A stretch of 59,025 nt of DNA, filler included, from Piptocephalis cylindrospora (taxonomy: Eukaryota), in assembly GCA_003614145.1 (NCBI GenBank). It is 4 parts of 4 records of this genome, joined end to end, with 100 filler letters (N's around TTAATTAATTAA, not from the genome) between each part and the next. Parts side by side here need not be neighbours in the genome. Positions count along the whole stretch, not along the records: positions 1 to 14,791 come from KZ987913.1; 3 more parts are not named here. One strand, written 5' to 3'. A program made the translations under genes and the position numbers. Every line of letters begins with the position of its first letter. Position 1 is the first letter of the stretch. The notes under the pieces were generated by a model. The model was not told the DNA's origin. It ran no database searches and was given only the letters and a program-made list of their open reading frames with translations. Positions 1 through 12,639 of this stretch are shown here, one piece after another.

Positions 1-1687
1 CAAAGAGCCTTCCGAACGCAGTCTGGAAGGTCAAGAATTGAAAAGGGGGGGGGGGAAGGAGGAGGACACGCACACACACACACACAAACTACCTGCACCT
101 CTTCAGGAGATGAAGGGTCAGGTGGAGGAAGAGGAGGTGGAGGGACGAAGAACTGGAGCGGAGGTGATGGTGGTGGGGGAGGTGGTGGTGGTGGTGGTGG
201 AGAAAACAAGAGGAAGTGAGGTCGGATGAACAAAGGAAAAGAAAGGAAAGAAAGAGGAAAGAAAGAGGATGAAGGGATCTGGGAAAAAGGGTCAATTCAT
301 AACTCACCCACTCACTTACACTACTTCTCCGACATCCGTAGAATCTTTCCTTAGATGGGGAAGTAAGGATGATAGCAACACACCTGGAGTAAGTGTGTGT
401 GTGTGCATCTCGGCTCTTTTGTTGGGCTGTAGTGAGTAAACGAGTGAGGCTAGGACAAAGGGGCCAAATCCATTGGTGAAGGAGACCGTCGGCGCTGGGC
501 TATAAACGATCTTCCAGGTCAAAGAGGGTGGATTCTCTCCAGCCGGCCCTAGGCGAGGAGGAAGGCATTGATTGATACTGCCAAGTCAGTGCCTCCGGCT
601 GCGAAACCCTTGGGCTTGACGATCCTCTCTTCCGCTCTACTCTATCTCCCGCGAGCGCCATCCCGCATCGATAACTCCGATCCAATTCCCGCTCCTCATC
701 CCCTTTCATTCTGCCCTTGATTCCGTCGGAGTTTCCTTCTTGGCCAGCGTGACACATCCTTCTCTCCTCGAACCCTGAACGATGTGTGCGTATGTGCCAA
801 AGAGAGAGTCCTGGGTGGCCCAAAGCCAGAAATACCTCGGAACTACCCACACGCTTCATTCAGGGAGATAGGAAATGTGCAGGGCCCTGACTGATGCATA
901 CACACATCCTGAAGAAGAGTTGCTAGATCTCGCTCAATGATAATAATAGGCAATCCTTGGCACAGACTTGGAGGTTAGTTTAATAAGATGTATGTGTGCA
1001 ATTCCACGCAGATCACCCTGTTCGTAGAGACCATTGGGATCTCGATATAACCCCTCAGCCATTATGACCGGGAAGATGTGTGACGCCACATGGATATTCG
1101 ACGCGTACCTTGTAAATAAGCTGACAAATGCTAGAGAGCCATCAACCCCCAACTGCATCTAGGAGATGGCATGAGTGGGTTTCTTCAGATGGCCGCCCCT
1201 AGGGGGAACCTCTCGATCCTTTGCGGCGCCCCATCATCATTCAGTTTTCCCTCGTTCTTTCTAGTTCTGTCGAGCCCACTCTCGTTCCCTTTCGCATTTC
1301 ACATATCTTGGAGCGCCAATGCTGGGTTACGGGAGTATTTGAAGTGGCATCGCTGATGGCGGAATAGAGTGCATTTCCAGCCCAAATTTCCCTTGGAAAG
1401 CCTCTCTCTGGCGGGTTATCTGCCTTCCTTCTTTCTTTACACTCTTCCCATCTCTTTCTACCGTCTCGAAGCGAGGCTTCATCACGATCATCCCATCCTT
1501 CGCTGCCAGGTTACCCCTGGATCTTCCATTTGTAATCTGACAAGGTTTCAATTTTCCTCGGGATTTCATTGCCTTTAGGAGAGACAGAGTGTGGGTCGAG
1601 GGTCCAATGGCATCTGGTGATTTCATGGTCTTTTCCACGAGTCAAGAGCCTAGATCCGCGCTATGCATCAGATCGCGACAACTTCCC

Positions 1688-3298
1688 TCAGTCAGAGGAG
1701 TTGGATGGTCGAGAGGAGTTGGCCCAAGAAAAATAATCACATCGATAACTTCGTCCATCGGATGCCAAGGCCCCACTAGGTCCCACGGGTCTATCGAGAG
1801 CATCATTGAGGCATCTTTAGGTGAGACAACGTGTTCCCCTATATTCCATAGAGAGAAAGACCTTACCGTGAGCATGTGTAAAAGGATCTTCCTTGATTTA
1901 CTCCTCGCTTCCGCACTACCCTTCTTGTACACGGCTCTCTATGGCCACGGCAGCGAGGGATCGGTTCCTTCCCTAACAGACCCCTCCAGTGCCCTGCAAG
2001 CGCTTCCTCTTCCCCTGTCATCCACATTCTAGGGTCGATGGATGACGCGGGTGTAGGTGTGGAGGAGGCCGAGGATGGGGCTCTACCCTCTACTGATTTG
2101 TCAAGGCCAGGTGAGGTGGGATGAAAGGACAAAGTCCTTTGAATCTTCCTGCCTAGGGCCCTCCTTTGAACCCCTGTTGCCTCCTTCTCCTTGGCCTTAC
2201 CCATATTTCCCGGCCTCTCAAAGGTTCCAGCAGAGAGAGATAGAGTGGTTTGTCGCTTGCTAAACTTTTTCCATTGCCGGGCCGACAGAGATAAAGGCTT
2301 CTGTGAACCCTGAGAAGAGTCGATTAAGCCTTTGAGTGTGACATGTTCCTGTCCAGGTCTCGGGTCCCTATCCCAAAAATCCAGGACCACTGGACAATGA
2401 TCTGATCCTTGCACATCTGGTCGAATGTGAACGCTTTGGACCCAGGGCAGGAGATCGGCCGAGAGCAGAATATAATCAATCCGCGTCCCGTAATTGCTAG
2501 TACGAGCCCCTCCAAGGTAGCTCCAACACGTAAAGGCCCCTTGCTCCTCCGGATGCAGGTGTCGATAGACATCCACCAGGCCCGTCCCATTCCGCGGGCC
2601 CTGGAGAAGCTGAGAAAACCATCGTCGAAAGGGATGTTCCTCAAAGTGGGCGAGGCCTTGCTCTCTACACGCTCGTTCCGGGTCGACATGGTCGATGGAT
2701 CGATGGGCCACGTTGATATCCCCCACTAGGATCACGCGTCGTCCCGAGGATATCATCCCATGGACCATCTCCTTGACAGCACGATAAAAAGCATGTCGGT
2801 ATGGAAGACGTTCGGGTCCGGCTGACGCTGGAAAGTAGACATTGAGGAGGATAAAGTAGTGGTAGTCCATGACGAGAACCCTTCCTTCCCTCGCCCATCG
2901 ACAGGGAACCCCTCCGGTCTCCTCGACCCAATAAGGACGTAGACATTGTTCTTCATCCTCGGCTCCGCATGGCCGAGCACTATCCTCTCTTGTGAAAACT
3001 GCCACCCCCGATCTACCTTCATCGGTCTGGGGAAATACGTAGAATGCATCCATGTGCGGGAGATTGGCGTCTTCGGCCACTGTGGCCTTCTGAGTGCTTT
3101 TCACTTCCTGAAGACAAACAATATCTGGCTGCTTAAAAAGGTCATCTAACAGAATCTGGAGGGATCAAAGGATGAGGGCTAGAATGTTTCCACTCCAATG
3201 TGTGCTCCCTTTACCTCAAGAGAATCGTGGCTTTGCAAATGGGGATAATTTCGTCGAAGAGCCCGAATTCCATTGACGTTCCAAGTGACAATACGCAT
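1688..3298 (-). CDS. APN2: Class II AP endonuclease Apn2/APE2 (ExoIII family) with C-terminal GRF zinc finger; spliced
   Basis: N-terminus MRIVTWNVNGIR read at 3298; motifs NVYFP, GDINVAH, FTCW, TRIDYIL, GSDHCPV in ORF 1863..3104; C-terminal CRGHREPC..NQGRSFYTCSR continues after a GT-AG intron to RCDYFSWA..stop at 1688. Confidence 0.93.
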
Positions 3299-3626
3299 AC
3301 CGAGTGATTGGCCTAGATGAACATGCTGCTAAAGGTTGGGAAAGAAGGGGAAAGAGGAGAGGAAGAAAGCATGGAGTATCCACGCTTGCCGTGGGGAGCA
3401 CACAGTCCCCAGCAGTTCAATAACAACAATACAATGATGACCAAGCTTATCTTTTTAGCGGTACGCGACTCATCCGTGAGGGTTCAACCCATTTTTCCTT
3501 GTTCCTCTTCTCTCCACCCATCGTGTAAAGATTATTCAGCGAGTTCTTGCTGACCGATCTCCCTCCAACTTCATCCGGCCCCGTTGCGTGGGGATAAAGA
3601 AAGACTCTTTGAGTACCATACTTGAC

Positions 3627-5552
3627 ATGTCCACCCCAGAAGGTCCGCCCCGTCAGGAGGATTCAGCCTCTGCAACCCCTACTGAAACCCCCAAGCCTTC
3701 TCCAAGTCTGCCCAAGGAAGAGATGCTCAAATTGATGATCGGGTAAGGATCCCAATCCCTGGAATACTGACTAGGTTCATCCTACTTACCCCGCTTAAAC
3801 ATCCCACCTAGTCAACTGGCCGAGTATGGACACAACGATCTGGCCATGGTCCTCCAGGAGCACACAAAGACCTTTGGAGCTCTTGAGCCTACCTCCAAGC
3901 TTGCTAGCCTATGCCAAGCTGGAAAGCAGACTGAGACTTTTCCGGGTGAGTGTTGAAAAAAATGGCATCCGGGAGGTGCTCCAACCATGTGGTCCTCGAT
4001 ATTTCCTGGTATGCTCATATCCCTCCTCACATTCCATTAGCCATCCCAAAGTCCAGTCCCTCCTCGACCGCCCCAGCTCCTTCCCAGGAAACCCCTGATA
4101 ACTCTACTCTTGAGGACACTAAGACTATGGAGGAAGCAGCCTTTGATCTCACCCTACCTGAGCCTCCTCTCGGCCCCTTGATGGACTTTTCTCAGGACGC
4201 GGCCCATCATGGTGGGGGAAAACGCGTGCCCTACTTTCTCTGCACCTTCCGTACCACTCATAAAGAGGCTGTTCGATGTGCTCGATTTAATCAGACTGGT
4301 AAGAGTTTGGTAGGAATGAGAATTGGCAATATCCTATGTTCTAACCGTGTCATTCCTTTCAATAGGACGGTATGTAGCTACAGGATCAATGGACGCATCC
4401 ATTAAGATCATCGATATGACTCGAGTTAAGGAGAAGCATCGAGAGCTTCGCCCGGTTGTCCGGGCCTTGTATGGACACGTGGGCCCTGTCACAGACATTG
4501 CCTTCCATCCCAATGGCCTTACCCTTGTCTCCGCCTCCGAGGACCAGACTATCAAGCTCTATGACCTGGCCAAGCCTCATAACAAACGCGCCCTTCTCTC
4601 TGCCCAGGTAAGGCCCTGAGCCATCCTATGAGTCTAATCAGATGTATAATTCTGACTGCCCCTATCTCCACTAGGACTTTTTCCCGGTCAACTCGGTGGA
4701 TTTCAGCCCAACAGGGGAACATATTGTCACCGGGGCTGGGGATCACCGATTCCGTCTGTATGATACCCGCTCCCTTCAGTGCTTCACCACCAAGAAAGTT
4801 ACGTCTAACGAGCACCGATCAGGGATTAATACAGTGAGTTTGCTGAATGAGAACTCCCTACATCTATTCCCCATCTCTCCCTCACCTCCCACCGCCCACA
4901 GATTCGGTACGCCCCTACAGGAAAATTCTTGGTGACTGGGGGCCAAGATGGGGATATCCGGTTCTGGGATACTGTCTCTGGCACCTCTCTACGCTCCTTA
5001 GCGCAAGCCCATGGGGGAGCTCCTATCTCTTCAACTACCTTCTCCAAGTCCGGCCAATATATGCTAACAGGGGGCCAGGATTCTGTAGGGAAGCTCTGGG
5101 ATCTTCGGACTGGTCGTGTCCTTCAGACATACTCGGGAGCCTCTCAAAGGATGAATCGAATTACCATGTCTTTCTCCTATGACGAATCCTTTATCTACAG
5201 CAGTGATGAGAATTCTCGGAATGTCTTTTGCTGGGACTCCAAGTCGGGACAAATCGAAAAGGCCATTCCAGGTAAGGGACTTGATATTGAGTATTTAGGG
5301 CGAGGGTGATATTTTTCTCATGCTGACCCATCCTCATTAGGGCATGATATGCTGGTACGATCGGTGGCAGGATCTCCAGTGGATGAAGCCTTTTTGACGT
5401 GCTGGTAAGTGTTGTTGACGGGAGAATAACGGGGAGAATAGGACCTTTGACTCATCTATTTTACTCTTCCTCGTATCCGATACAGTGACGATGGAAAGGC
5501 TCGTGTTTGGATCTCGGGCGGGGATCACTATGAGAAACCTCATGGGATATGA
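3627..5552 (+). CDS. CSTF1: Cleavage stimulation factor 50 kDa subunit (CstF-50), N-terminal dimerisation domain plus WD40 repeats; multi-exon
   Basis: MLKLMIG|QLAEYGH N-terminal segment, then THKEAVRCARF..YVATGSMDASIKIID, RPVVRALYGHVGPVTDIAFHP, TIKLYDLAKPHNKRA, ending CSDDGKARVW; these match remembered CSTF1 motifs; GT-AG introns join the ORF fragments. Confidence 0.85.
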
Positions 5553-6177
5553 TCATACTTCATGCATATGTAGGCGATGCTGCCGTTGTTATTAGAGGAA
5601 GTCTGAATACAGCTCTTATTTCGTATCAAAACGATTCATGTCATGGTACCCAATAATAATAACCGATAATGAGTAGTACATAGGCACTGGCCTGCCTATA
5701 ATTAAAACCATTTTTCTTTTCATCTGATCGGTGACAAGTTCTTCCTCAACAATATGATCAATCTATTCTTTTGTTTAGATGATTACAGCAAATGAAGGTC
5801 ATGTTGATCAAGTCCTGCTATTAATAATGTCTCATCGATCAATTAGTAGTAATAGTAACCAGTGAAATGTATTGAGGAAAGGTCATCGATCAATTAGCTT
5901 CAACACACAAGAACACTGTTTTGAAAATGGTCAGAAATCCTTAAAAGGAGTAACTCAAAATTGTTCTTGGGGCCAAAGTCATACGCGCCACTTAAGTCGT
6001 ACGTGCCGTTTCCTAAAGCATTTTCCTTCCTTCTTGCACTCCCCCTCCCCACCCAAGCTCTTTCCGTCCTCCTTTAGTGGCTTAAACCCCGTCGTTTGGG
6101 CCGCTTGTCTTTTTCTCTCCCTCTTGAAAAGGAACGTTCACACACGCACTTTTAGATATTCCCGAAGCGTATACGCC

Positions 6178-7946
6178 ATGCTTCCCCAAGGGATGGGAGG
6201 GACCTTTCGGGTGATGGTAGTAGGAGGACTGAGACGGCCTAGGGTACTACCGAAAGCACATCGTTCCAGGCCATCTCCTCCTGCATCTCTAGCTTCTCAT
6301 AGAAGCTATGTCACAGAGGAAAGCCCATTTCGAAAAACCTACGAACGTGGCTTACCCTCCGCCCGCAAGGCCTCTGCCGTCTACACCCCACCCACAATGA
6401 TCCTATTTCCCCCGGTCGTACCCCTAGTGGGTCCTTTACTAAGGCCCATAAAAAGAAAAGGGCATGGGAAGGAAGGAAGACTCCGGAAATCGCTCGGGAG
6501 CGGCAAGGAGATTAAGAAGGGACAGAATGGAAGATCCTTGGCTGCATTGGTAGGCTGTGATTCCACGGTGGGCGAGAGGGTCTAATCTTATTCTCTAAAA
6601 AAATGCTCTTCTTTGACTCATTACCCTACTTGGCTTTCCCATGCAGCATTTTCAAAATTTGATAGAGCAATTAAAGTATATGTCCAAGGAGACCACAAGC
6701 CCCAAGGAAATGGTAGAAGGTATTCGTGGAATTCTGTGGCCTTCAAAGGAGACCTTGAATCATGCGTTGAGGATAGGGGCACTTCGGTTACTATGGAGAT
6801 CTATCCCAGTGATGTGGATCAAGGAACAGGGGGTTCGGGAGGTGCTCTTCGAGGCCGAACTAGAAGTTCGAGAATCCGCTGTGAATGACCTTTCTCCTCA
6901 GCTCATTCTTTCGCTCACCTCGGCCAAGATCACCTCTTTGGCTCGATCTGGGCTGACACAGGATGCTCTACGATGTATGTCAAAAGAAAGGGAGATCATG
7001 ATGGAGGGGAAGGGGAATATGAGGACTCACCTGCTTTGCTCCTTCAGTCCTAGATCAAGTTGAGATGGATGCGATGAATTCCCAAACTCAGAGCGAACTA
7101 CCCAAAGGAGTTTACACGAGAGTGGTAGAGGCACTTCTATCGCCCCCGAAACTATCTTCCAGGAAAAAGTCGTCATCCCTGGAGCATACCACAAGAATTA
7201 AACAGGCCATCAAGTTCATTAACCTTCGAAACACTCCAAAAACACCTAGCGGTCAATGGATTAACAACCCGTTAGTTGCTAAAGCGGCGATCCAATGGGC
7301 TCAGACCCATCTGGATGATGGGGGAAAGCGTGTTGCCCTTGATCTTGTGGATATGCACATCCATCATCATGGGCCTGGGGCGTGGTGGGCATGGGAGGTA
7401 CGGTTCCGCCTGGCCACGAGTATCCGCGTCATTACCAGGATGCTGATGGAGGCTAAGGGGACAGAGCATGAACGGACCATCCAATCTGCTCCGGCGCAAG
7501 TCTCTCTTCTTTATCATACTCATCGTCTGGACCCAACTCGACTTGGCCAGGTATGGTCCCTCATGCAGAATCAAATGCTGCAGGCTGGGACAGAGCCCGA
7601 AGCGCGGATTCGTGCCCTTTACTTGGGGTACATACTCCGCGGCCCCAAGGTCCCTGAGGCCCTGAGAGCCGCGGTCGATCTTGGGGAGGATCTGTCTCTA
7701 TCCTCGGCTCATACCATCCTCATTCGGGCAATTCGGGCATATCGACATGCCATGGACCCAGCTGAACGATCGTTTCTCCATGAGGGCATCTGGGGGATAT
7801 GGGGCACTGGATCACGGTTCCTTGGAGACGAAGGGTGCGTTCAGGAGATGATCGGGTTTCTCGAAGCATGTGGGGATCGTCAGGCACTGAAGGATCTTCG
7901 ACGAGACTTTGCTCGTCTAGGCCAGGCCAAGAGTAAGGATAGATGA
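6178..7946 (+). CDS. Probable mitochondrially targeted helical-repeat (PPR-like) protein; spliced
   Basis: Arg/Ser-rich N-terminus resembling a mitochondrial presequence; successive ORFs 5872..6585, 6641..7063, 7065..7946 on one strand; PPR-like segment ITSLARSGLTQDALR|VLDQVE across an intron. Confidence 0.5.
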
Positions 7947-8276
7947 TGATCATGATTATGAATAGAATGAATGAGAGCTTTCTTTTATAAGGAACAATGC
8001 TTGGTAGGGTTAATTAATTAATCAATTAGGCTAATCTTGAGGATCCAGGCACTTAAGATGCATCCTACTATGACTGTGTGGTGTAGTATGATGTGGGTTT
8101 GGGAAGGACGGGCACGCAGCTAGCCAAGTAGCGGAGGTGGGAAGCTCCTTGTGGGCCATTGACAGCAAGTATCTTTCCTTCCTTTCTTCTATCTTATCTT
8201 ACAATAAGACATAAGTGGTCCTAATAATAACAGATTCCCTCTTCCTCATCTTTCCCGTCCCTCCCTCTCACGTACC

Positions 8277-8881
8277 ATGTCAGGCACTGCAGCAAATGGA
8301 GCCTGGTCAAAGTATGCTCAGGATTTGGAGGAGCAATTAGCGCGACTTTACCAGCCTCCTAGCTCGGACACATCTGGGGACAGTGGTAAGATTGGCCTGG
8401 GTCGTCACAGGGTTGAGGGTGGCGACTTCTAGTATTACTAGTAATAATGACAAAGCCACTTCCCCAATAGCCAACTATGAGGCTCATGCTCGACAGATTG
8501 GTATCTTGGTGAAGGAGCTACGAGTCCAACTGGAGTGGGCCAAGGCACAAGATCAGTTCAAGAAGGAGACTGAGAGCAATATTGATCCTGATGCTCGGAT
8601 ACACAAGGTGAGTAGTGCTGGGATATACTAACATAGTGTTAGTGTTATCACCTTGCCTGCATTTCCTCACAACACGTATCAAATACCCCCTGAAGCAGGA
8701 GATAACAGAACTGAAAAAATCTAAAGAGAGAGCGGATAGGATCATTCAGCAACAGCTGGAGCTGTTGAAGCGATGGCAGGAGCGATTCAACGTCACATCC
8801 ACCATGGGGAGAGTCTTGATGACACCTGCCTCCAGTCCCCTCGGGGGTGAGAATGACATTAGCATGGATCATCCCATCTAA
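8277..8881 (+). CDS. Small coiled-coil protein, putative Mediator subunit MED28-like; 3 exons
   Basis: Clean GT-AG splicing gives MSGTAANGAW..DS|ANYEAHARQ..RIHK|EITELKKSKERADRIIQQQLELLKRWQERF, whose last part resembles the remembered MED28 C-terminal helix. Confidence 0.55.
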
Positions 8882-9008
8882 TCTATCGACATGTCCCGTA
8901 TGTTGTTCAATAGAAAGAGAGAAACAAGGATTTCTAATCATCAATCACCCCCTCCCCTCATCATCACCATCATCATCCCCCGTCAGTCCTAACAGTACCC
9001 CCTCCACA

Positions 9009-9746
9009 TTAGCTATGCGTGTCAATCAGGGCATCCCGCATGTCGCTGACAATGGAGGTGGGTTGGGCATCCTGGAGCTTAAAGATCTTCTCAATCAAGG
9101 AGATCTCGGTGGAGGTGGTGTCCATACCGGTAAAGGCAAAGCAATCATTGACAACCATGCCAGATCCAATAACATCGGACCCGCGGTTGACGGTTCCGGC
9201 GACGAGGGGGACCTGAAGGAGGGAGGAAAGTTCCTCCTGGGCCTGAATGCTGGTGCGGGAGTGAACAAGACCACCTTGGTTGCTCAGGGCACAGAAGCTA
9301 CCGACGAGGACATTGTCGGCAATGGTCTGACGGAAAACTTCGACTTTGAGGGTATCGGCGATGATCTCCTCTGTTTCACGGTCAATATCGGGGTGGACAA
9401 GGGCAACGTAGTCATTGCACACAATCACGTTCCCTAGGGCACTGAGCCTCTCCTCAATCCGTTGTACGGCTACTGACTCGGGTAAGGAGTCCCGGATGTG
9501 TTGAAGTTCCTGGTCGGTGGTCGTTGAGGGTAGGAGAAGACCATGTCGGTTACCAGCGGCAAGACGACCGATAATTCGGGTTCCGGCAATGGAACAATGG
9601 ACAATGGGCATGACATCGCCAAGTTCGGCCTCAAACACCGAGTAGAAGTTCTCGGACCCGCCAATAGCCACAAGGCAGTACGAGTTGGTGAGCTTGGCAA
9701 AGACGCCAATATCGTTGCTGTTCTCAAACTGTGCGCGGACGGCCAT
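9009..9746 (-). CDS. TIF6: Eukaryotic translation initiation factor 6 (eIF6), intronless
   Basis: 245 aa [47 protein letters not shown], highly conserved family sequence. Confidence 0.98.
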   Translation of the reverse strand: MAVRAQFENSNDIGVFAKLTNSYCLVAIGGSENFYSVFEAELGDVMPIVHCSIAGTRIIGRLAAGNRHGLLLPSTTTDQELQHIRDSLPESVAVQRIEERLSALGNVIVCNDYVALVHPDIDRETEEIIADTLKVEVFRQTIADNVLVGSFCALSNQGGLVHSRTSIQAQEELSSLLQVPLVAGTVNRGSDVIGSGMVVNDCFAFTGMDTTSTEISLIEKIFKLQDAQPTSIVSDMRDALIDTHS

Positions 9747-10143
9747 GATAGAAGGAAGGAAACAAAGGCAAAGGGGGGAAATTGAGGAAAGAGAGATTTG
9801 GGAAGGAGAAGGGATGAGTGATTGGTGAACGAGGGACCGTTGTATATACCACAGTTGAAAAGGGGTGTTGTTTGAGGAGGGGCAGCGATAGAGGTACTAG
9901 TGGTGAACACAGAAAAGGAGGATGGCTGGTTATTATTATTGCTGAAGGATGTGTGGGCTGGAGCTTATACTGGGGAAAAACCAGGCCGTTCTTTTTTTCC
10001 TCTTTTATACCAAGGACTAGAGAGTATGAATAGTCATATTCACCCAGTGATGGGAGTATGGCTCATACTGTAGTCAGCATGAGTACCGCTGCGTGTGTGT
10101 GTGTATATGTGTATGTGTATTTCGTATAATCTAGCAGTACAGC

Positions 10144-10150
10144 TGACTCA
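10144..10150 (+). promoter_or_regulatory. Possible Gcn4/CpcA (AP-1-type) site TGACTCA in the eIF6/PheA divergent intergenic region
   Basis: Exact TGACTCA about 640 bp upstream of an amino-acid biosynthesis gene; a short motif that may be chance. Confidence 0.25.
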
Positions 10151-10792
10151 GGTTGAATTCTGCTGTGCAAAAAAAATCAGCAGGAGTACGGGCGGCCAGG
10201 CATTGTCTTTCCAGACAGCAGAACCACCGAAAAATTGCAAAAATACGCTCCAGTTGACACAAAATTCACCTCATCGTACTCCACATACTTGGGCGATATC
10301 ATAGCAGTGAAGTCCGGCCCTATACAAGACGGAGCTATTTTCATTTTTATAATAGCACATTTCGGGGGGAGGGAGAGAGAGAGAGGAGCCTTGGTTTGGA
10401 GTTAGCAAGCCACACTCAGGCTAAATGTTAATAGAGCACTCAGATGCTACTCAAAGTCGTCGGATTGATAAATGGGCTCTGGCAGTCCGATAAACCGAAA
10501 TTCAACCTGCTCGTGACCAAATTACGTTATCTATCTAGATGAAGGGTGTGCATCTCAGGGACTTCTAAAGCTGTTATGTCTCGAAACTGGTCCTGATTCC
10601 TATAGAATACCCGCGGTCTGGAGTGAATGCGGGCGGAAAAAGCGCAGGAAACCACATCAGTGACACGCAGGGCCCAGCTTGACCTTCTTCTTCCCTACAG
10701 CCCATTGCTCCATCCCCTCTCAGAATCAACGCGTAGCCGCTCCCCTCGTCCTTGAGCAACGTCCTCCCTACCGGTATATCTTTATCCTCACC

Positions 10793-12131
10793 ATGCCCAA
10801 TGACCAACCTGCCTCCCAGATCCCCAATCTCTCATACATTCGAGAGAAAATAGCCGGTGTGGACGAAGATATTGTCCGTCTCCTCAATGCTCGGGCCAAC
10901 CTCTCCCTTCAAGTGGGAGAAGCCAAGCGAGTTGAGAGTCAGAATCGGGGAGAGTAAGTGTGTGGTAGCTGGGGATGATACTCTTATACCTCTGTCTGAC
11001 CCCTCCTTCCTCAGTGACCCAAAAGAGAGTCAGGTGTTTGTCCCAGGCCAGGAGCAGCTTGTTTTCGATCGACTGGGACAGGTCAACCAAGGACCCTTGC
11101 CAATCACAGCCTTGAAGGCCATTTACCGTGAGGTCATGTCCGCATCCATTGCCCTGCAACGGCCGGTTGGTGTGGGATATCTTGGGCCCCGTGGCACCTT
11201 TACCCACGCTGCTGCCCTGAAAAAGTTTGGGGAAGGTGTGGCCTACAGTCCATATCCCACCATTGCTGGTACGTGCAGAGGAGGAAAGGCTTTGCTTTTC
11301 TATTACCCACGCCCATCCTCCATTCTATAGCCGTCTTTAGAGCCTTGGAGGCCAAAGAAGTGACTTATGCTGTGGTGCCGGCGGAGAACTCCCGGGCCGG
11401 GTCAGTTCAACCCACCTTGGATCAGCTGATCAGCAGCCCCCTTCGTATTCGTGGAGAGACCTACCTCCCTGTTGAGCAATGTCTACTCTCAAACACCACC
11501 CTAGCCAGCATTCGACGTATTTACAGCATGCCTGTGGTAAGCGCGCTTCCTTTAGTAGAAAGATCGCCATCCTCCCTTCTCAGACTTCCTTTCCAATTCC
11601 CCATAGGCCTTTGAGCAATCAGAAAAGTGGCTGGAAAGCAATGCTAGCCACGTTGAGAGGGTCAACTGTGATTCCACGGCCCAAGCAGCTGAGCAAGCCA
11701 GTAGGGATCCAGAGGCTGCAGCGGTTGCTTCGGCCATTTGCTCTGAAATTTATGGGCTCAACATTATTGCCCGGGGCATCCAGGATCAGCGGGACAACAC
11801 AACCCGGTTTTTCATCCTGGCCCCCGAGGTGGCCCCGCCTTCAGCTGCTGACAAGAGTCTCCTGGCCTTTTCCGTCGATCATCGGCAGCCCGGCGCACTG
11901 TGTGATGCTCTTCGCTGCTTCAAGGAACATGGGGTCAATCTTACTAACATTGCCAGTCGGCCTCATGGCCCTCGGCCCTGGGAATACCTCTTTTTTGTCG
12001 AGTGCTCCGGCCACTCCCAGGCCCCTCCGCTCTCCCGAGTCCTGGATGATATGAAGGCCTATTGCCCAGAGATCCTTATCCTAGGTTCTTTTCCTGATCA
12101 GCGACCTATTCCATCTAGGGGTGGGATGTAA
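10793..12131 (+). CDS. pheA: Bifunctional chorismate mutase (AroQ)/prephenate dehydratase-ACT (P-protein type); spliced
   Basis: CM domain IREKIAGVDEDIVRLLNARA..GEAK..IYREVMSASIALQ, then YLGPRGTFTHAAA, VVPAENS, DNTTRFFIL, ACT domain QPGALCDAL..VNLTNIASRP..YLFFVE..LGSFP. Confidence 0.9.
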
Positions 12132-12639
12132 TTGACGGCTCCTTTTCTATGAGTGATACATCTCATCTCGATGGGGTCATAAATTGTTACATTGCTCCCC
12201 CCCTACTTTAATTCATGGTTTCCTCAAAGTAAACCTGTTCTTTTCCAGGGCTATTACCTAAGCGCTGCGTATCTTGGCGTTTTCCTGTAAACAGTACATA
12301 TTCAAATGCCCTTTGATTGACAGCCATTATATTCCCTTCCATCCAACTTCCATTGCCTAGGATAAGATTAGACTGGTATTGGGAGTGTAGTCAGGCTCCT
12401 CCATTAGGGCAGACATCTCACTGAGCATATCCACGGCAATGCCCACTAAAGATTGCTCCCCATCCCCATCATCATCATCTCCACCCTCACCATCCTCGGG
12501 GCTAGAAGCACTGGATAGGGGCGAGGAGGTCCGGAGGATATGTGGACTAGGGTAGGATCGACGCTTCAGGATCCTGGATGGAGGTGGGGACCTTCCCCTT
12601 CGAACTTCCTCATCCTCCTCGTCATCTTCATCACCATCA

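Noticed and set aside
300..1640. Short minus-strand ORFs downstream of APN2
   Set aside because: No recognisable motif and no convincing spliced model
8847..9437. 196 aa ORF antisense to eIF6
   Set aside because: Shadow of a conserved gene with no independent coding signal
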